A DNA stretch of 64,000 nucleotides from an uncultured Holophaga sp. (lineage in GTDB: Bacteria > Acidobacteriota > Holophagae > Holophagales > Holophagaceae): positions 1,088,001-1,152,000 of the forward strand of contig OY761614.1 in NCBI GenBank assembly GCA_963664825.1, written 5' to 3'. How positions within the stretch are numbered: position 1 is the first letter of the stretch; each line of letters begins with the position of its first letter. Position numbers and translations under genes: made by a program. The notes beneath the pieces were generated by a model. That model made no database searches, was not told the origin of the DNA, and saw only the letters and a program-made list of their open reading frames with translations. This document shows, one piece after another, positions 1 to 9,533 of the stretch.

Positions 1-933
1 AGCATCGAAGCCGGCCTGGATCTCCGGGCGGAGATCACTCGGCTCAGGGGAACACGCAAGGCCGTGATCCTGGCCCACTATTACCAGGAGCCTGATATCC
101 AGGACCTGGCCGATTTCGTGGGGGACAGCCTCCAGCTGAGCCAGGCCGCCGCCAAGACCGATGCCGAGGTGATCGTGTTCTGCGGCGTCCACTTCATGGC
201 CGAGACCGCCAAGATCCTGAGCCCGGGGAAAACCGTCGTGATCCCCGATCTGGACGCGGGGTGCAGCCTGGCGGATCGCTGCCCGGCGGGGGAATTCGGC
301 CAGTGGCTGAAGCAGTATCCCGACCATGAAGTGGTCAGTTACATCAACTGTTCCGCGGACGTGAAGGCCCTCTCTACGGTGATCTGCACCAGTTCCAATG
401 CGGTGCGGGTGGTGGAGAGTCTGCCCAGGGGAAAGAAAATCGTCTTCGCTCCGGACCGTCACCTAGGCGCCTGGGTCATGGCGCAGACGGGGCGCGATAT
501 GGTGCTCTGGCCGGGCTTCTGCATCGTCCACGAGCAGTTCACCGCCAAGCGGGTCGCCCGTCTCAAGGCCCAATACCCCGAGGCCAAACTCATCGTCCAC
601 CCCGAATGCGATGCCACCGTCAGCCGCATGGCCGATCTCGTGGGCAGCACGGCCGCCCTGCTGAAATACGTGATTGAGCGCCCCGAGCTTCAATTCATCG
701 TGGGCACGGAGGCGGGCATCCTCCATCAGATGCGCCTGGCCCGGCCCGAGGCCGAACTCATCCCCATCCCCGCCGATAGCGGTTGCAATTGTTCCCTCTG
801 TCCGTACATGAGGCTCAACTCCATCGAGAAGCTCTACCTCTGCCTGCGGGATCTCCAGCCGGAGATCACCCTGGAGGAAGATGTCCGTCAGAGGGCCCTG
901 AAGCCCCTGGAGCGGATGCTGGCCCTGGGGTAG
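1..933 (+). CDS. nadA: Quinolinate synthase A (5' end lies upstream of the window)
   Basis: Frame is open from base 1 (SIEAGLDLRAEITRLRGTRKAVILAHYYQ). Motifs ILAHYYQ, GDSLQLS, FCGVHFMAE, GCSLAD, YINCSA, CIVH, HPEC, CPYM. Confidence 0.96.
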   Translation, partial: SIEAGLDLRAEITRLRGTRKAVILAHYYQEPDIQDLADFVGDSLQLSQAAAKTDAEVIVFCGVHFMAETAKILSPGKTVVIPDLDAGCSLADRCPAGEFGQWLKQYPDHEVVSYINCSADVKALSTVICTSSNAVRVVESLPRGKKIVFAPDRHLGAWVMAQTGRDMVLWPGFCIVHEQFTAKRVARLKAQYPEAKLIVHPECDATVSRMADLVGSTAALLKYVIERPELQFIVGTEAGILHQMRLARPEAELIPIPADSGCNCSLCPYMRLNSIEKLYLCLRDLQPEITLEEDVRQRALKPLERMLALG

Positions 934-945
934 TCTGCTCCAGAC

Positions 946-2511
946 ATGCACACTCGCCACCTCACCCGCTTCCGCGCCGCCCGTTCCACGCGGCGGAATC
1001 CGCCTTGGTGGCAGCGGCTCCAGATGCGAAGCGGGGCGGTCCTGCTGACCCTGGCCATCACGGCCATCGCCCTGATCCTCGTCTGCGTGCCCCTCGTGTG
1101 GATGTACGCCCAGGTGGCCGATATCAGCGATTCCATCTCCACGATCTTCTCCCATGACATAACCCGGGTCGAGGAACACTGGATGGCCCTGCCCCGCATC
1201 ACGGCCCTGCGGCAGGGTGACGAGCCCGGGGTCTGCAAGCTGCTGGCCGAACAGCCCCTCCTGGTGGCCGTGATGGACCGGAACGAACCCGGCCGACTCT
1301 GGCTGCGGAAGGGCGATCACCTGGTGCTCAAGGGCCAGGAGCCCGAGCGCACGCGCTACCTCCAATGGATTGCCCAGGCCGCGGGTTCGGGGCGTTCCCA
1401 ATGGACTCCATCCCTGGCCGAGAACACGGACCCGAATCTCGGCCCGGCTATCGTGCTCTTGGGAGAGCGCTGGATCATCGTGAAACACTGGCGGCTGGGC
1501 AGCCCCCAGGTAGAACAGGCTCTGCGCCTCGTCCTCGGCCCCACTCCCAGGTTCCGGGCCGGCCTTCGCCGCACGGGGCAAGAGGAGGACAGACGGCAAG
1601 GATGGGGCGCGGAGCCCAACCTCCAGGTCGATCCGGCCCGCCTGACGGCACTTTGGTTCGCTTATCAAGGCACCAGCCCGGCCCTGGAAGGCTGGGATGT
1701 GGTCGCCATTCCCTTCAACCAGGAGAGAAGAGCCCTGGAGAGGCAGGCCCTCCGCCATGTCTGGATGGTCTTCCTGGCCACGGCAGGGGTGGTGGCTTGC
1801 CTGGGCCTCGGGCTCTGGCTGCGGCGCCGGGCGCGCCTGAGATCGGTGCTGGACGCCGATCGGCTGGCTTCCCTGACCCATAGCCTCAAGACACCCCTGG
1901 CCATCCTGAAATTCCGCTGTGATTCCATCCGGCTGGGGCGCCTGGACCCCGACCAGACGGATGCCGAACTGATCAAGGTCGGCGAAGAGGTGGACCAGCT
2001 CACTCTTGTGATCGAGAACGGCCTCGAATCCATACGGGGCGTGGCCGAGGCGGGCCCCCTGGGCGAAGTGAGCACGGCCTGGCTTTCGGAAATCGCCCAG
2101 GACCTGGAGCCGGCCTTCCAGGCCGAGGGAAGGCCCTTCCGCCTGGAACTCACCTCCGATTCCGGACAGGCAGCCCGCCCCTCCCTGCGGGCCGCCATTC
2201 TCACCCTGTTGGAGAACGCCCTCTACCACGGCAAGGGAGAAGTCCTCCTCCAGACGGTCCGAATCCGCCGCCGCCTCCAGATCCGGGTCCAGGATTCCGG
2301 GCTGGGCATGGAGCCACACCAACTGGCGGCCCTGGGGAAACCCTTCCTCCGACTGCGCATCCATGGCAAGGAAGGCTTCGAGCAAGAGGGCCAGGGTCTG
2401 GGGCTCAGCCTCCTCCTGCAGGTGGCCCGAAAGGAGGGCTGGGGATTAAGCTTCGCGTCAGCCCCTGGAGAGGGACTCCTGGCGACTCTCGAGATCAAGG
2501 CTCTGGAGTGA
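946..2511 (+). CDS. Membrane sensor histidine kinase
   Basis: Two hydrophobic segments flank a periplasmic region. H-box-like LTHSLKTPL, N-box LLENAL, G1 VQDSGLG, G2 GQGLGLS. Confidence 0.88.
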   Translation: MHTRHLTRFRAARSTRRNPPWWQRLQMRSGAVLLTLAITAIALILVCVPLVWMYAQVADISDSISTIFSHDITRVEEHWMALPRITALRQGDEPGVCKLLAEQPLLVAVMDRNEPGRLWLRKGDHLVLKGQEPERTRYLQWIAQAAGSGRSQWTPSLAENTDPNLGPAIVLLGERWIIVKHWRLGSPQVEQALRLVLGPTPRFRAGLRRTGQEEDRRQGWGAEPNLQVDPARLTALWFAYQGTSPALEGWDVVAIPFNQERRALERQALRHVWMVFLATAGVVACLGLGLWLRRRARLRSVLDADRLASLTHSLKTPLAILKFRCDSIRLGRLDPDQTDAELIKVGEEVDQLTLVIENGLESIRGVAEAGPLGEVSTAWLSEIAQDLEPAFQAEGRPFRLELTSDSGQAARPSLRAAILTLLENALYHGKGEVLLQTVRIRRRLQIRVQDSGLGMEPHQLAALGKPFLRLRIHGKEGFEQEGQGLGLSLLLQVARKEGWGLSFASAPGEGLLATLEIKALE

Positions 2512-2625
2512 CCCTGAACTAACCTTGAAAAAATCGAGATCCCAGCCCTATGTGTCAAATTCACCGTTGCCTTTAAATCGTCCCGAGCGCACTGTAGAAG
2601 CCATTCCCCTTGAATCGAGCCCATC

Positions 2626-3318
2626 GTGACCCACCTCCTCGTGGTCGAAGACGAACCCAACCTCCAACAACTCCTTGTGAACAACCTCACCTTCGAGGGA
2701 TTCACCGTGGAGGCCGTGGGTGATGGGTTCCCGGCACTGGCGGCCCACCGGGCCCGGAAGGCCGATCTCATCGTCCTGGACCTCATGCTGCCCCAGCTGG
2801 ATGGCTACCAGGTAATCCAGGAGCTGCGGGGTTCCCAGGATCCTGTGCCGGTGCTCATGCTCACGGCTCGCGGTTCGGAAGCCGACCGGGTGCGGGGCCT
2901 CAGCCTGGGCGCCGACGATTATCTGGTGAAGCCCTTCTCCGTCCTTGAATTCATCGCCCGCATCAAGGCGATCCTCCGCCGGACCCAATCCCTGGATCAG
3001 CCCACCCTCCTCCGTTCAGGCCCCTTCCGCTTCGATCTGGTGGCTATGGATGCGCGGAGGGAACTCCGTAGCCTGGAACTCACCCCCCGGGAGTTCCGCT
3101 TGCTGGAGATCCTCATCACCCACCCGGGTCGCACCCATGGCCGCGTCGAGCTTCTCCAGCAGGCCTGGGAGGCCGATGCCCGCCCCACCCCCCGCACCGT
3201 GGATGTGCATATCGCCAATCTCCGCAAGAAACTGGGCGACGAGAAGAAGCGGGAGCTCATCGCCACGGTGGGAGGGGAAGGCTACCGCTGGACACTGCCT
3301 GTCGAACCGGGAGACTGA
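2626..3318 (+). CDS. OmpR/PhoB-family response regulator
   Basis: VVEDE, LDLMLP, MLTA, GADDYLVKPF and a winged-helix C-terminus (RTVDVHIANLRKKL, TVGGEGY). Confidence 0.95.
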   Translation: MTHLLVVEDEPNLQQLLVNNLTFEGFTVEAVGDGFPALAAHRARKADLIVLDLMLPQLDGYQVIQELRGSQDPVPVLMLTARGSEADRVRGLSLGADDYLVKPFSVLEFIARIKAILRRTQSLDQPTLLRSGPFRFDLVAMDARRELRSLELTPREFRLLEILITHPGRTHGRVELLQQAWEADARPTPRTVDVHIANLRKKLGDEKKRELIATVGGEGYRWTLPVEPGD

Positions 3319-3332
3319 TGCCGGGAGACTGA

Positions 3333-4121
3333 TTACTGAACGGTCGGATGGATAAGTTCCTGGGCCAAGCGGAGATTCAAGACTTCCGAGCCGGCACATA
3401 GGGTGAATTCGGCTCCGGCCATCAGTTCGGGCAGGGGCTTCAACCGGGGCTGGGGCAGGAGCATCACCTCGCCGGGGCAAAGAGTCGGCAGGACGATGCC
3501 CTCCCAGGCCTCCAGGGGCGCCGTGCGACGGCGTCCACTAGCCTTCAGCTCCAGGACGCCCTTCCAGGGGAAATCCACTTCCAGCCATGCCCCCAGCGCC
3601 GCGCCCTGGGCATCCTCCACCGCCAGGCAGAAGCCCGCGGGCCGCCCCCCGTGCTGGCCCACGGCCGCCAGGGTGGGCTGAGGCATCCGATGCAGAAGAC
3701 CTCCCGGTCCCTGCACGACCATGCGATCCAGCTGCCGCCCATCGGCCCCTCGGAGCAGCCGAGGGCGCGGCAGGCAGGGCAGCAGGCGGACCTGCGCCAG
3801 GTGAGGTGCCAATTCCTCGGGCAGATCGCCTCGGTGATGCCACTTCTCGGCGTACGCCAGGGTCTGGCGGAGGCGCTGCAAGGCCCGGGGCCCGGCTTCC
3901 AGCGTTTCCCGCAGGGTGGAGGCCACGAGGGCCTCGGCCAGGAGCTCCGGTCGGCCCTCTCCCAGCTTGGCCTGCCGGGCCCGCTCCATCCGGTGGAGAT
4001 CCACCACCCGGTCGGGATCGGAAGGGAGGGGCGCCACCAGGGCCTGCCTTTCCTTCGGGGCATCCAGCCAGAGGGCCGTGCCCAGGCGCAGGGAAATGGG
4101 AACTTTCGCCGCTGCCGTCAT
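3333..4121 (-). CDS. Hypothetical protein, possibly a degenerate fumarylacetoacetate-hydrolase-like fold
   Basis: 262-aa ORF fills the gap between its neighbours. The segments VVDLHRM...LEAGPRALQRL...VRLLPCLPRPR resemble N-terminal parts of FAH-family proteins; catalytic motifs were not seen. Confidence 0.55.
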   Translation of the reverse strand: MTAAAKVPISLRLGTALWLDAPKERQALVAPLPSDPDRVVDLHRMERARQAKLGEGRPELLAEALVASTLRETLEAGPRALQRLRQTLAYAEKWHHRGDLPEELAPHLAQVRLLPCLPRPRLLRGADGRQLDRMVVQGPGGLLHRMPQPTLAAVGQHGGRPAGFCLAVEDAQGAALGAWLEVDFPWKGVLELKASGRRRTAPLEAWEGIVLPTLCPGEVMLLPQPRLKPLPELMAGAEFTLCAGSEVLNLRLAQELIHPTVQ

Positions 4122-4316
4122 AGGGCCTCCCCGGGGCGGGGCCTGGAATCCATCGAAAAAGGCAGGGGCAGGAATCCTCCTGTCGCGTTGGGAATGTTCA
4201 CGTCGTCTCCCGTGGCGCCGCCCAATGAGGGCTTTCGGTTCTTGAAAATGCGCAATCCGGAATGAAAGACCCGAGTGGGTCTTCCAATGAGCCTAGCCGA
4301 GGGATCATCCTGGGGT

Positions 4317-5672
4317 ATGGATGAACCCTGCACCAGGCCCTGGAACCCGGATCGCCGCTGGGCAGATCCGCTCATCACGCTTCTGCTGCTGCTTTCGCTG
4401 ATGAGCGCCTGGGGGACCATGGCCGCAAGGCGAGGCCCTCGCCCGGAGCCGCAGCGTCCAAGCCTCCAGGCCCGGGTCCAGGAGCTCCGCCAATCCGCCC
4501 AGGGCCTCCTGCATGCCCCCATGCCTTCCAAGCCAGAAGAGGCAGCGGCCTCCCCATTCTGGGATAGGGCCCTCCTGTCCATCCTGGCGGCCGAGCAGGG
4601 GGATCTGGCGCAGGGCCACAGGCTGGCCCTGGAGGGTTCCGGCACTCCGGGCCCCCTGGGAGAGAGCTTCCGCCGGAGCTGGCGGGCGGCCTACGAAGGG
4701 GGCAACGCGCCCAAGGCCCCGGAGCTGGACGCACTGCGGGAGCCCCTGGGCCGGGGATATGCCTACTGGAACCTCCGGGCCCGCCTGGCGGAACGCGCCT
4801 CCCTGGACCCCGGCCCATTCAGGGCCCAGGGCCGGGCCTGGGCCCTGCCGCGCCTGGCGGCCCTGGCCCTGGGAGCCTTGGTGGCGCTTGGCCTGGGGAT
4901 GCTGGGCCTGGTCGCCGCAGCGGGCCTAGCCTTCACCCGCAAGGGGCCTCGCCCGCCGGAAGCACCGGCCTCCTTCGCCATGCCCTGGCGCGCCCTGGCG
5001 CTGGCGCTCCTGGGCTGGTTCCTAGCCCAGCAGTGCGCCGGGACCCTGGCCACCCTTGCCCTCAGGCTCCTGCCCCTGCCCAGGATCCTGGCGCTCCCTA
5101 TCGCCTACGCCTTCCATGCCTTCGTGGGCGTCTCCCTGCTGCTGCACGCCGAGGGGATCAGCCTGCGGGAAGCCTGGAAGCGGGCGACCCCGGGGCCTCT
5201 GCCCCGGGCCCTGGGATGGGCTATCGCCTTCCTGGGCATCGCCATCGCGGCGGTGGTCATCGTGGGAACCCTCGCCAGTCCCCTGACCCGGGGAGCCACT
5301 CCCCCCCAACGCGAACTCCTCGATCTGGTGACGGGTCTCCGCAATCCCCTCCCGATGTGCGTCATCCTGCTCACCATCGCCGGCCTCGCCCCCCTCTTCG
5401 AGGAGTGGGTCTTCCGAGGCGTCCTCCTGCCCTGGCTCGGGCCGCGCCTGGGGGCGCGATGCGGTGCCCGTGGCGGATGGGCGCTGGCGATCCTATTGTC
5501 TGGCCTCGCCTTCGGTGCCATGCATCTCCAGCCCGCGGGCCTGCCGACCCTGGCCACCCTGGGCCTGGTGCTAGGCTGGGCCTTCTCCCGCACGGGCAAT
5601 CTCTGGACCAGCATCGCCGTCCACGCCTGCTGGAATGCCAGCGTCTTCCTGCTGATGCGCCTATTGGCTTAG
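4317..5672 (+). CDS. CPBP (CAAX/Abi) family intramembrane metalloprotease; start uncertain (4275-4317)
   Basis: Multiple TM segments with the CPBP motifs APLFEEWVFRG, FGAMH and HACWN. Confidence 0.88.
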   Translation: MDEPCTRPWNPDRRWADPLITLLLLLSLMSAWGTMAARRGPRPEPQRPSLQARVQELRQSAQGLLHAPMPSKPEEAAASPFWDRALLSILAAEQGDLAQGHRLALEGSGTPGPLGESFRRSWRAAYEGGNAPKAPELDALREPLGRGYAYWNLRARLAERASLDPGPFRAQGRAWALPRLAALALGALVALGLGMLGLVAAAGLAFTRKGPRPPEAPASFAMPWRALALALLGWFLAQQCAGTLATLALRLLPLPRILALPIAYAFHAFVGVSLLLHAEGISLREAWKRATPGPLPRALGWAIAFLGIAIAAVVIVGTLASPLTRGATPPQRELLDLVTGLRNPLPMCVILLTIAGLAPLFEEWVFRGVLLPWLGPRLGARCGARGGWALAILLSGLAFGAMHLQPAGLPTLATLGLVLGWAFSRTGNLWTSIAVHACWNASVFLLMRLLA

Positions 5673-5702
5673 CTCAGGCCTACTTCTAAAAAAAGGAATC
5701 CA

Positions 5703-6464
5703 ATGAAAAGCCTCAAGACCCTCGTGGCTCTCCTGGTCCTATCCATGGCCTCCCTCGCCCATGGGGGGGATAGGGTCACGGTGGCCGCCGCCGCCTCCCT
5801 CAAGCAGGCTCTTGCGGAAGTGGCCGAGGGCTTCCGCTGGGCCCACCCCGGGGATGAAATCACCCTGGTGTTCAGTTCCTCCGGCAAGGCCATGACCCAG
5901 ATCCAGCAGGGCGCGCCCTACGATATCTTTCTCTCTGCCGATACGGAATTTCCCCAGCAGCTGGTGCAGGCCGGACTGGCGGCCTCCCAGGTCAAGATTT
6001 ATGCGGTGGGCCATCTCGTCCTCTGGAGTTCGACCCTGGAGGCCCGGCAGCTGAACCTGCAGAACCTCACGGATGCCCGCATCCAGCACATCGCCATCGC
6101 CAATCCCAAGCTGGCCCCCTATGGCAAGCGGGCCGAGGAGGCCCTGAGGGCCACCGGCATGTGGCCCAAGGTGGAGAGCAGGCTCGTCTACGGTGAAAAC
6201 ATCTCCCAGGCCGCCCAGTTCGCCCTGACGGGGACTGCCCAGGTGGGCCTGGTGGCCCTCTCCCTGGCCCTCACCCCCGAGATGAAGGGCAAGGGCAACT
6301 ACACCCTGGTGCCCGAGCATCTGCACCAGCCCCTGGCCCAGGGCTACGTAATTCTCAAGAAGGGCGCCCATCGGCCCCTGGTCAGGCAGTTCGGGGACTA
6401 CCTCCTCACACCATCCGCCCAGGCCATCTTCGGCAAGTACGGGTTTTCCTCCCCCAGCAAGTAG
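5703..6464 (+). CDS. modA: Molybdate ABC transporter substrate-binding protein
   Basis: Signal peptide, AAAASL, SSSGK, GAPYDIFLSA, IANPKLAPYG, GENISQA; upstream of modB and modC. Confidence 0.95.
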   Translation: MKSLKTLVALLVLSMASLAHGGDRVTVAAAASLKQALAEVAEGFRWAHPGDEITLVFSSSGKAMTQIQQGAPYDIFLSADTEFPQQLVQAGLAASQVKIYAVGHLVLWSSTLEARQLNLQNLTDARIQHIAIANPKLAPYGKRAEEALRATGMWPKVESRLVYGENISQAAQFALTGTAQVGLVALSLALTPEMKGKGNYTLVPEHLHQPLAQGYVILKKGAHRPLVRQFGDYLLTPSAQAIFGKYGFSSPSK

Positions 6465-6478
6465 TCCGGAAAGGGTCC

Positions 6479-7147
6479 ATGTTTCTCGCCGAGGGAGATC
6501 TCCAGGCCCTGCTGCTCACCACCAAGCTGGCGGCCACCACCACCGCCATCCTCCTGGTGGTGGGAACCCCTGTGGCCTGGTGGCTGGCCCGGAGCCGCTC
6601 CTGGTGGAAGGGGCCCGTGGGAGCGGTGGTGGCCCTCCCCATGATCCTGCCCCCCTCGGTGCTGGGCTTCTACCTGCTCCTGCTCCTGGGACCGGCGGGA
6701 CCCGTGGGGCGCCTGACCCAATGGCTGGGCCTGGGCACCCTCCCCTTCACCTTCCCGGGACTGGTCCTGGCCTCGGTCTTCTATTCGGCCCCCTTCCTGA
6801 TTCAGCCCCTCCAGACGGCCTTCGAGGCCATCGGAACCCGGCCCCTGGAAGTGGCGGCCACCCTTGGGGCGGGGCCCCTGGATCGCTTCTTCACCGTGGC
6901 AGTGCCCCTGGCGCGCTCGGGACTTTGCACGGCTGCGGTACTGGCCTTCGCCCACACGGTTGGAGAGTTCGGCGTCGTGTTGATGATCGGCGGCAACCTC
7001 CCGGGGGTCACGCGAGTGGCCTCGGTCCAGCTCTACGACCATGTGGACGCCATGGAACATGCCCAGGCCCATCACTTGGCGGGGGTCCTCCTGGCCTTCT
7101 CCTTCCTGGTGCTGCTGGCGGTACACCTCTGGAGGAAGAAGGCGTGA
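6479..7147 (+). CDS. modB: Molybdate ABC transporter permease
   Basis: LPMILPPSVLGFYLL, EVAATLGA (EAA loop), FAHTVGEFGVVLMIGGN. Confidence 0.95.
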   Translation: MFLAEGDLQALLLTTKLAATTTAILLVVGTPVAWWLARSRSWWKGPVGAVVALPMILPPSVLGFYLLLLLGPAGPVGRLTQWLGLGTLPFTFPGLVLASVFYSAPFLIQPLQTAFEAIGTRPLEVAATLGAGPLDRFFTVAVPLARSGLCTAAVLAFAHTVGEFGVVLMIGGNLPGVTRVASVQLYDHVDAMEHAQAHHLAGVLLAFSFLVLLAVHLWRKKA

Positions 7148-8214
7148 ACGGTCTGATCCTGGCCCGCTTCTCCATGCCCCTGGACACCTTCTGTCTGGAG
7201 GTGGACCTCCGGCTGCCGCACCAGGGGATCACGGCCCTCTTCGGCCCCTCGGGCTCGGGCAAGACCACCCTCCTTCGCTGCATCGCCGGCCTGGAGCGCA
7301 CGACGGGCCATCTCTCGATCAACGGAGAGGTCTGGCAGGACGAGCACCACTTCCTGCCCACCCACCGCCGCCCCTTGGGCTATGTGTTCCAGGAGGCCAG
7401 CCTCTTCCCCCATCTCAGCGTCCGGGGGAACCTGGTCTATGGCCGGGAGCGCTCCCGTCAGGAACCGCGCGTCAGTCTGGATAAGGCCGTGGAATTTCTG
7501 GGCATCGGCCCCCTCATGGATCGGAAACCGGACAAGCTCTCCGGCGGAGAGCGCCAGCGCGTGGCCATCGCCCGCGCCCTGGCTGTGAGCCCCCGGCTCC
7601 TCCTCATGGACGAGCCCCTGGCTTCCCTGGATCAGGCCCTCAAGCAGGAGATCCTGCCCTACCTGGAGCGCCTCCACGACGAACTGGATATCCCCATCCT
7701 CTATGTCAGCCATTCCGCCGACGAAGTGGCCCGGCTGGCCGATCACCTGGTGCTGCTCCAGGAGGGGCGGGCCGTGGCCCAGGGCCCCCTGGCGGAGACC
7801 CTGGCCCGCCTGGACCTCCCCATCCGCCTGGGGGAGGAGGCCGGCGTGGTGCTCGAAACCCAGGTGACCGAGAGGGATGCAGCCTGGCACTTGGCCCGTC
7901 TGGATTTCCCAGGCGGTAGCCTCTGGGCCCGGGATGGGGGGCACTCCCTGGGAAAGCACGTCCGTGTGCGGGTCCTGGCCCGGGATATCAGCCTGGCCCT
8001 GGAGCACCCGCAGCACACCAGCATCCAGAACCTCCTGCCCGCTCGGGTGGAGGCCCTTGCCCCCGACGAACACCCGGGCCTCAGCCTGGTGCGCTTGAAG
8101 GTCGGCGATTCCGCCCTCCTGGCCCGCCTCACCCAGCGCTCGGCCCATGCCCTGGAGATCCGGCCGGGGCTGGAGCTCTACGCCCAGATCAAATCCGTGG
8201 CCCTCCTCGACTAG
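7144..8214 (+). CDS. modC: Molybdate ABC transporter ATP-binding protein
   Basis: GTG start overlaps the modB stop (GTGA). Walker A GPSGSGKT, LSGGE, LLMDEP and a C-terminal TOBE domain ending AQIKSVAL. Confidence 0.95.
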   Translation: MNGLILARFSMPLDTFCLEVDLRLPHQGITALFGPSGSGKTTLLRCIAGLERTTGHLSINGEVWQDEHHFLPTHRRPLGYVFQEASLFPHLSVRGNLVYGRERSRQEPRVSLDKAVEFLGIGPLMDRKPDKLSGGERQRVAIARALAVSPRLLLMDEPLASLDQALKQEILPYLERLHDELDIPILYVSHSADEVARLADHLVLLQEGRAVAQGPLAETLARLDLPIRLGEEAGVVLETQVTERDAAWHLARLDFPGGSLWARDGGHSLGKHVRVRVLARDISLALEHPQHTSIQNLLPARVEALAPDEHPGLSLVRLKVGDSALLARLTQRSAHALEIRPGLELYAQIKSVALLD

Positions 8215-9386
8215 GGAGCCATGTAGGGCCGCAGGTACCCGTAGACCCACCAGGCAAGTTGTCCGAAGACCAGGACGATCAAAATCCACTTGATGAGGGT
8301 CTTGGGACTGACACCGTCTTCCAGGGGAGCGGAGGCCGGGGCACTGTGGGGGATGGGCGCGGGACGGAAACCGGGATTGGTCTGTTCGGATTCCAGTTCG
8401 ATGCGCATCCCGGCGCCGGTGGGCGAGAGGTGCGGCCGCCCGGTCGTGCGGGAGACCGCCATCCCGGACCCGGAATCCATACCGGCCGAAGCCCGGGAGC
8501 GAGAGCGCCGCAGGGGAACGATATCCCCGGCATGATCATCGTGACGGAACAGCTCTTCCACCCGGTCCCGGGCCGCGTCTTCCAGGGGATAGGCGTCGAT
8601 GAGGGCCGTCAGGAATTCCATCAGGGTCTCGTAGCGTTCCTCGGGATCGAAGTTCAGGGCCTTCCGGAAGACATTGGCCATATCCCCGGACATGCCCCGA
8701 GGCACGGCGATGGGTTCGTGGAGCACATGGGTGATCACAGCGGCCAGGTTGGGCCCCGGATGGGGCAACTGGCCCGTCACGAGCTCGAAGGCGGTCACAC
8801 CGAAGGCATAGCGATCGGAGCTGGGGGTCGGTTCGACGCCCTTCAGGAGCTCCGGCGCGCTGTAGGCCGGGCTGCCCAGGAACTCCCCCTGAGTCGTGAG
8901 GCGCGGGGCCATGGTCTTGGCGATGCCGAAATCCATGAGCTTCACGCGGCCATCTTCGCTCACCAGGATATTGTCGGGCTTCACATCCCGGTGGATGATG
9001 GCGTGCCGATGGGCAGCCCGGAGGGCTCGCATGGCCTGCACCAGGATCCCGAGGCGGGTCTCCGCGTCCAGGCTCCCTTCCCGGATGTACTTGCCCAGGC
9101 TCTGGCCTTCGACCAGTTCCATGGCCAGGAAGGGACCGAAGTCGGGTTCCTCCCCCACGTCATAGATGGTGACGACATTGGGATGGTTCAGCTGGGCCGA
9201 GACCTCGGCCTCGCGCTTGAAGCGCTCCAGGGCCACATCGCGCTCCTCGCCGATGGCCCGCACCACCTTGATGGCCAGGCGCCGCTTCAGGAGGGGGTCC
9301 TCGGCGAGGTAGACCGTGCCCATCGCCCCCTGGCCCAGGGGACGAATAACCTGGTATCGCCCGATATTTCTGGGGTGTTCAGCCAT
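8211..9386 (-). CDS. Hanks-type Ser/Thr protein kinase with a C-terminal membrane anchor
   Basis: Starts MAEHPRNIGRY. GQGAMG, AIK, HRDVKPDN, DFG, YSAPE; hydrophobic tail WILIVLVFGQLAWWVYG. Confidence 0.93.
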   Translation of the reverse strand: MAEHPRNIGRYQVIRPLGQGAMGTVYLAEDPLLKRRLAIKVVRAIGEERDVALERFKREAEVSAQLNHPNVVTIYDVGEEPDFGPFLAMELVEGQSLGKYIREGSLDAETRLGILVQAMRALRAAHRHAIIHRDVKPDNILVSEDGRVKLMDFGIAKTMAPRLTTQGEFLGSPAYSAPELLKGVEPTPSSDRYAFGVTAFELVTGQLPHPGPNLAAVITHVLHEPIAVPRGMSGDMANVFRKALNFDPEERYETLMEFLTALIDAYPLEDAARDRVEELFRHDDHAGDIVPLRRSRSRASAGMDSGSGMAVSRTTGRPHLSPTGAGMRIELESEQTNPGFRPAPIPHSAPASAPLEDGVSPKTLIKWILIVLVFGQLAWWVYGYLRPYMAP

Positions 9387-9533
9387 GAGTCTACCGATCT
9401 TCAATGATAGCCGTGGGGAGTGCCCTGGGGTCCATACCTTTCCTGGAGGCCATGGCGCTAGAATCGTATTTCCTGTCTTGGGTCGCGACTGAGCGGACCC
9501 ACCGGCATGGATCAACCCCCTGCAAGGAGCCCC

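Noticed and set aside
463..2385. 640-aa antisense ORF and similar long shadow ORFs (15788-17617, 29519-30949, 47046-48833, 53947-55905)
   Set aside because: Each overlaps well-supported genes and lacks motifs; such ORFs are expected in high-GC DNA.
6580..7143. N-terminal extension of modC
   Set aside because: It overlaps modB in another frame; the GTG at 7144 gives a normal ModC.
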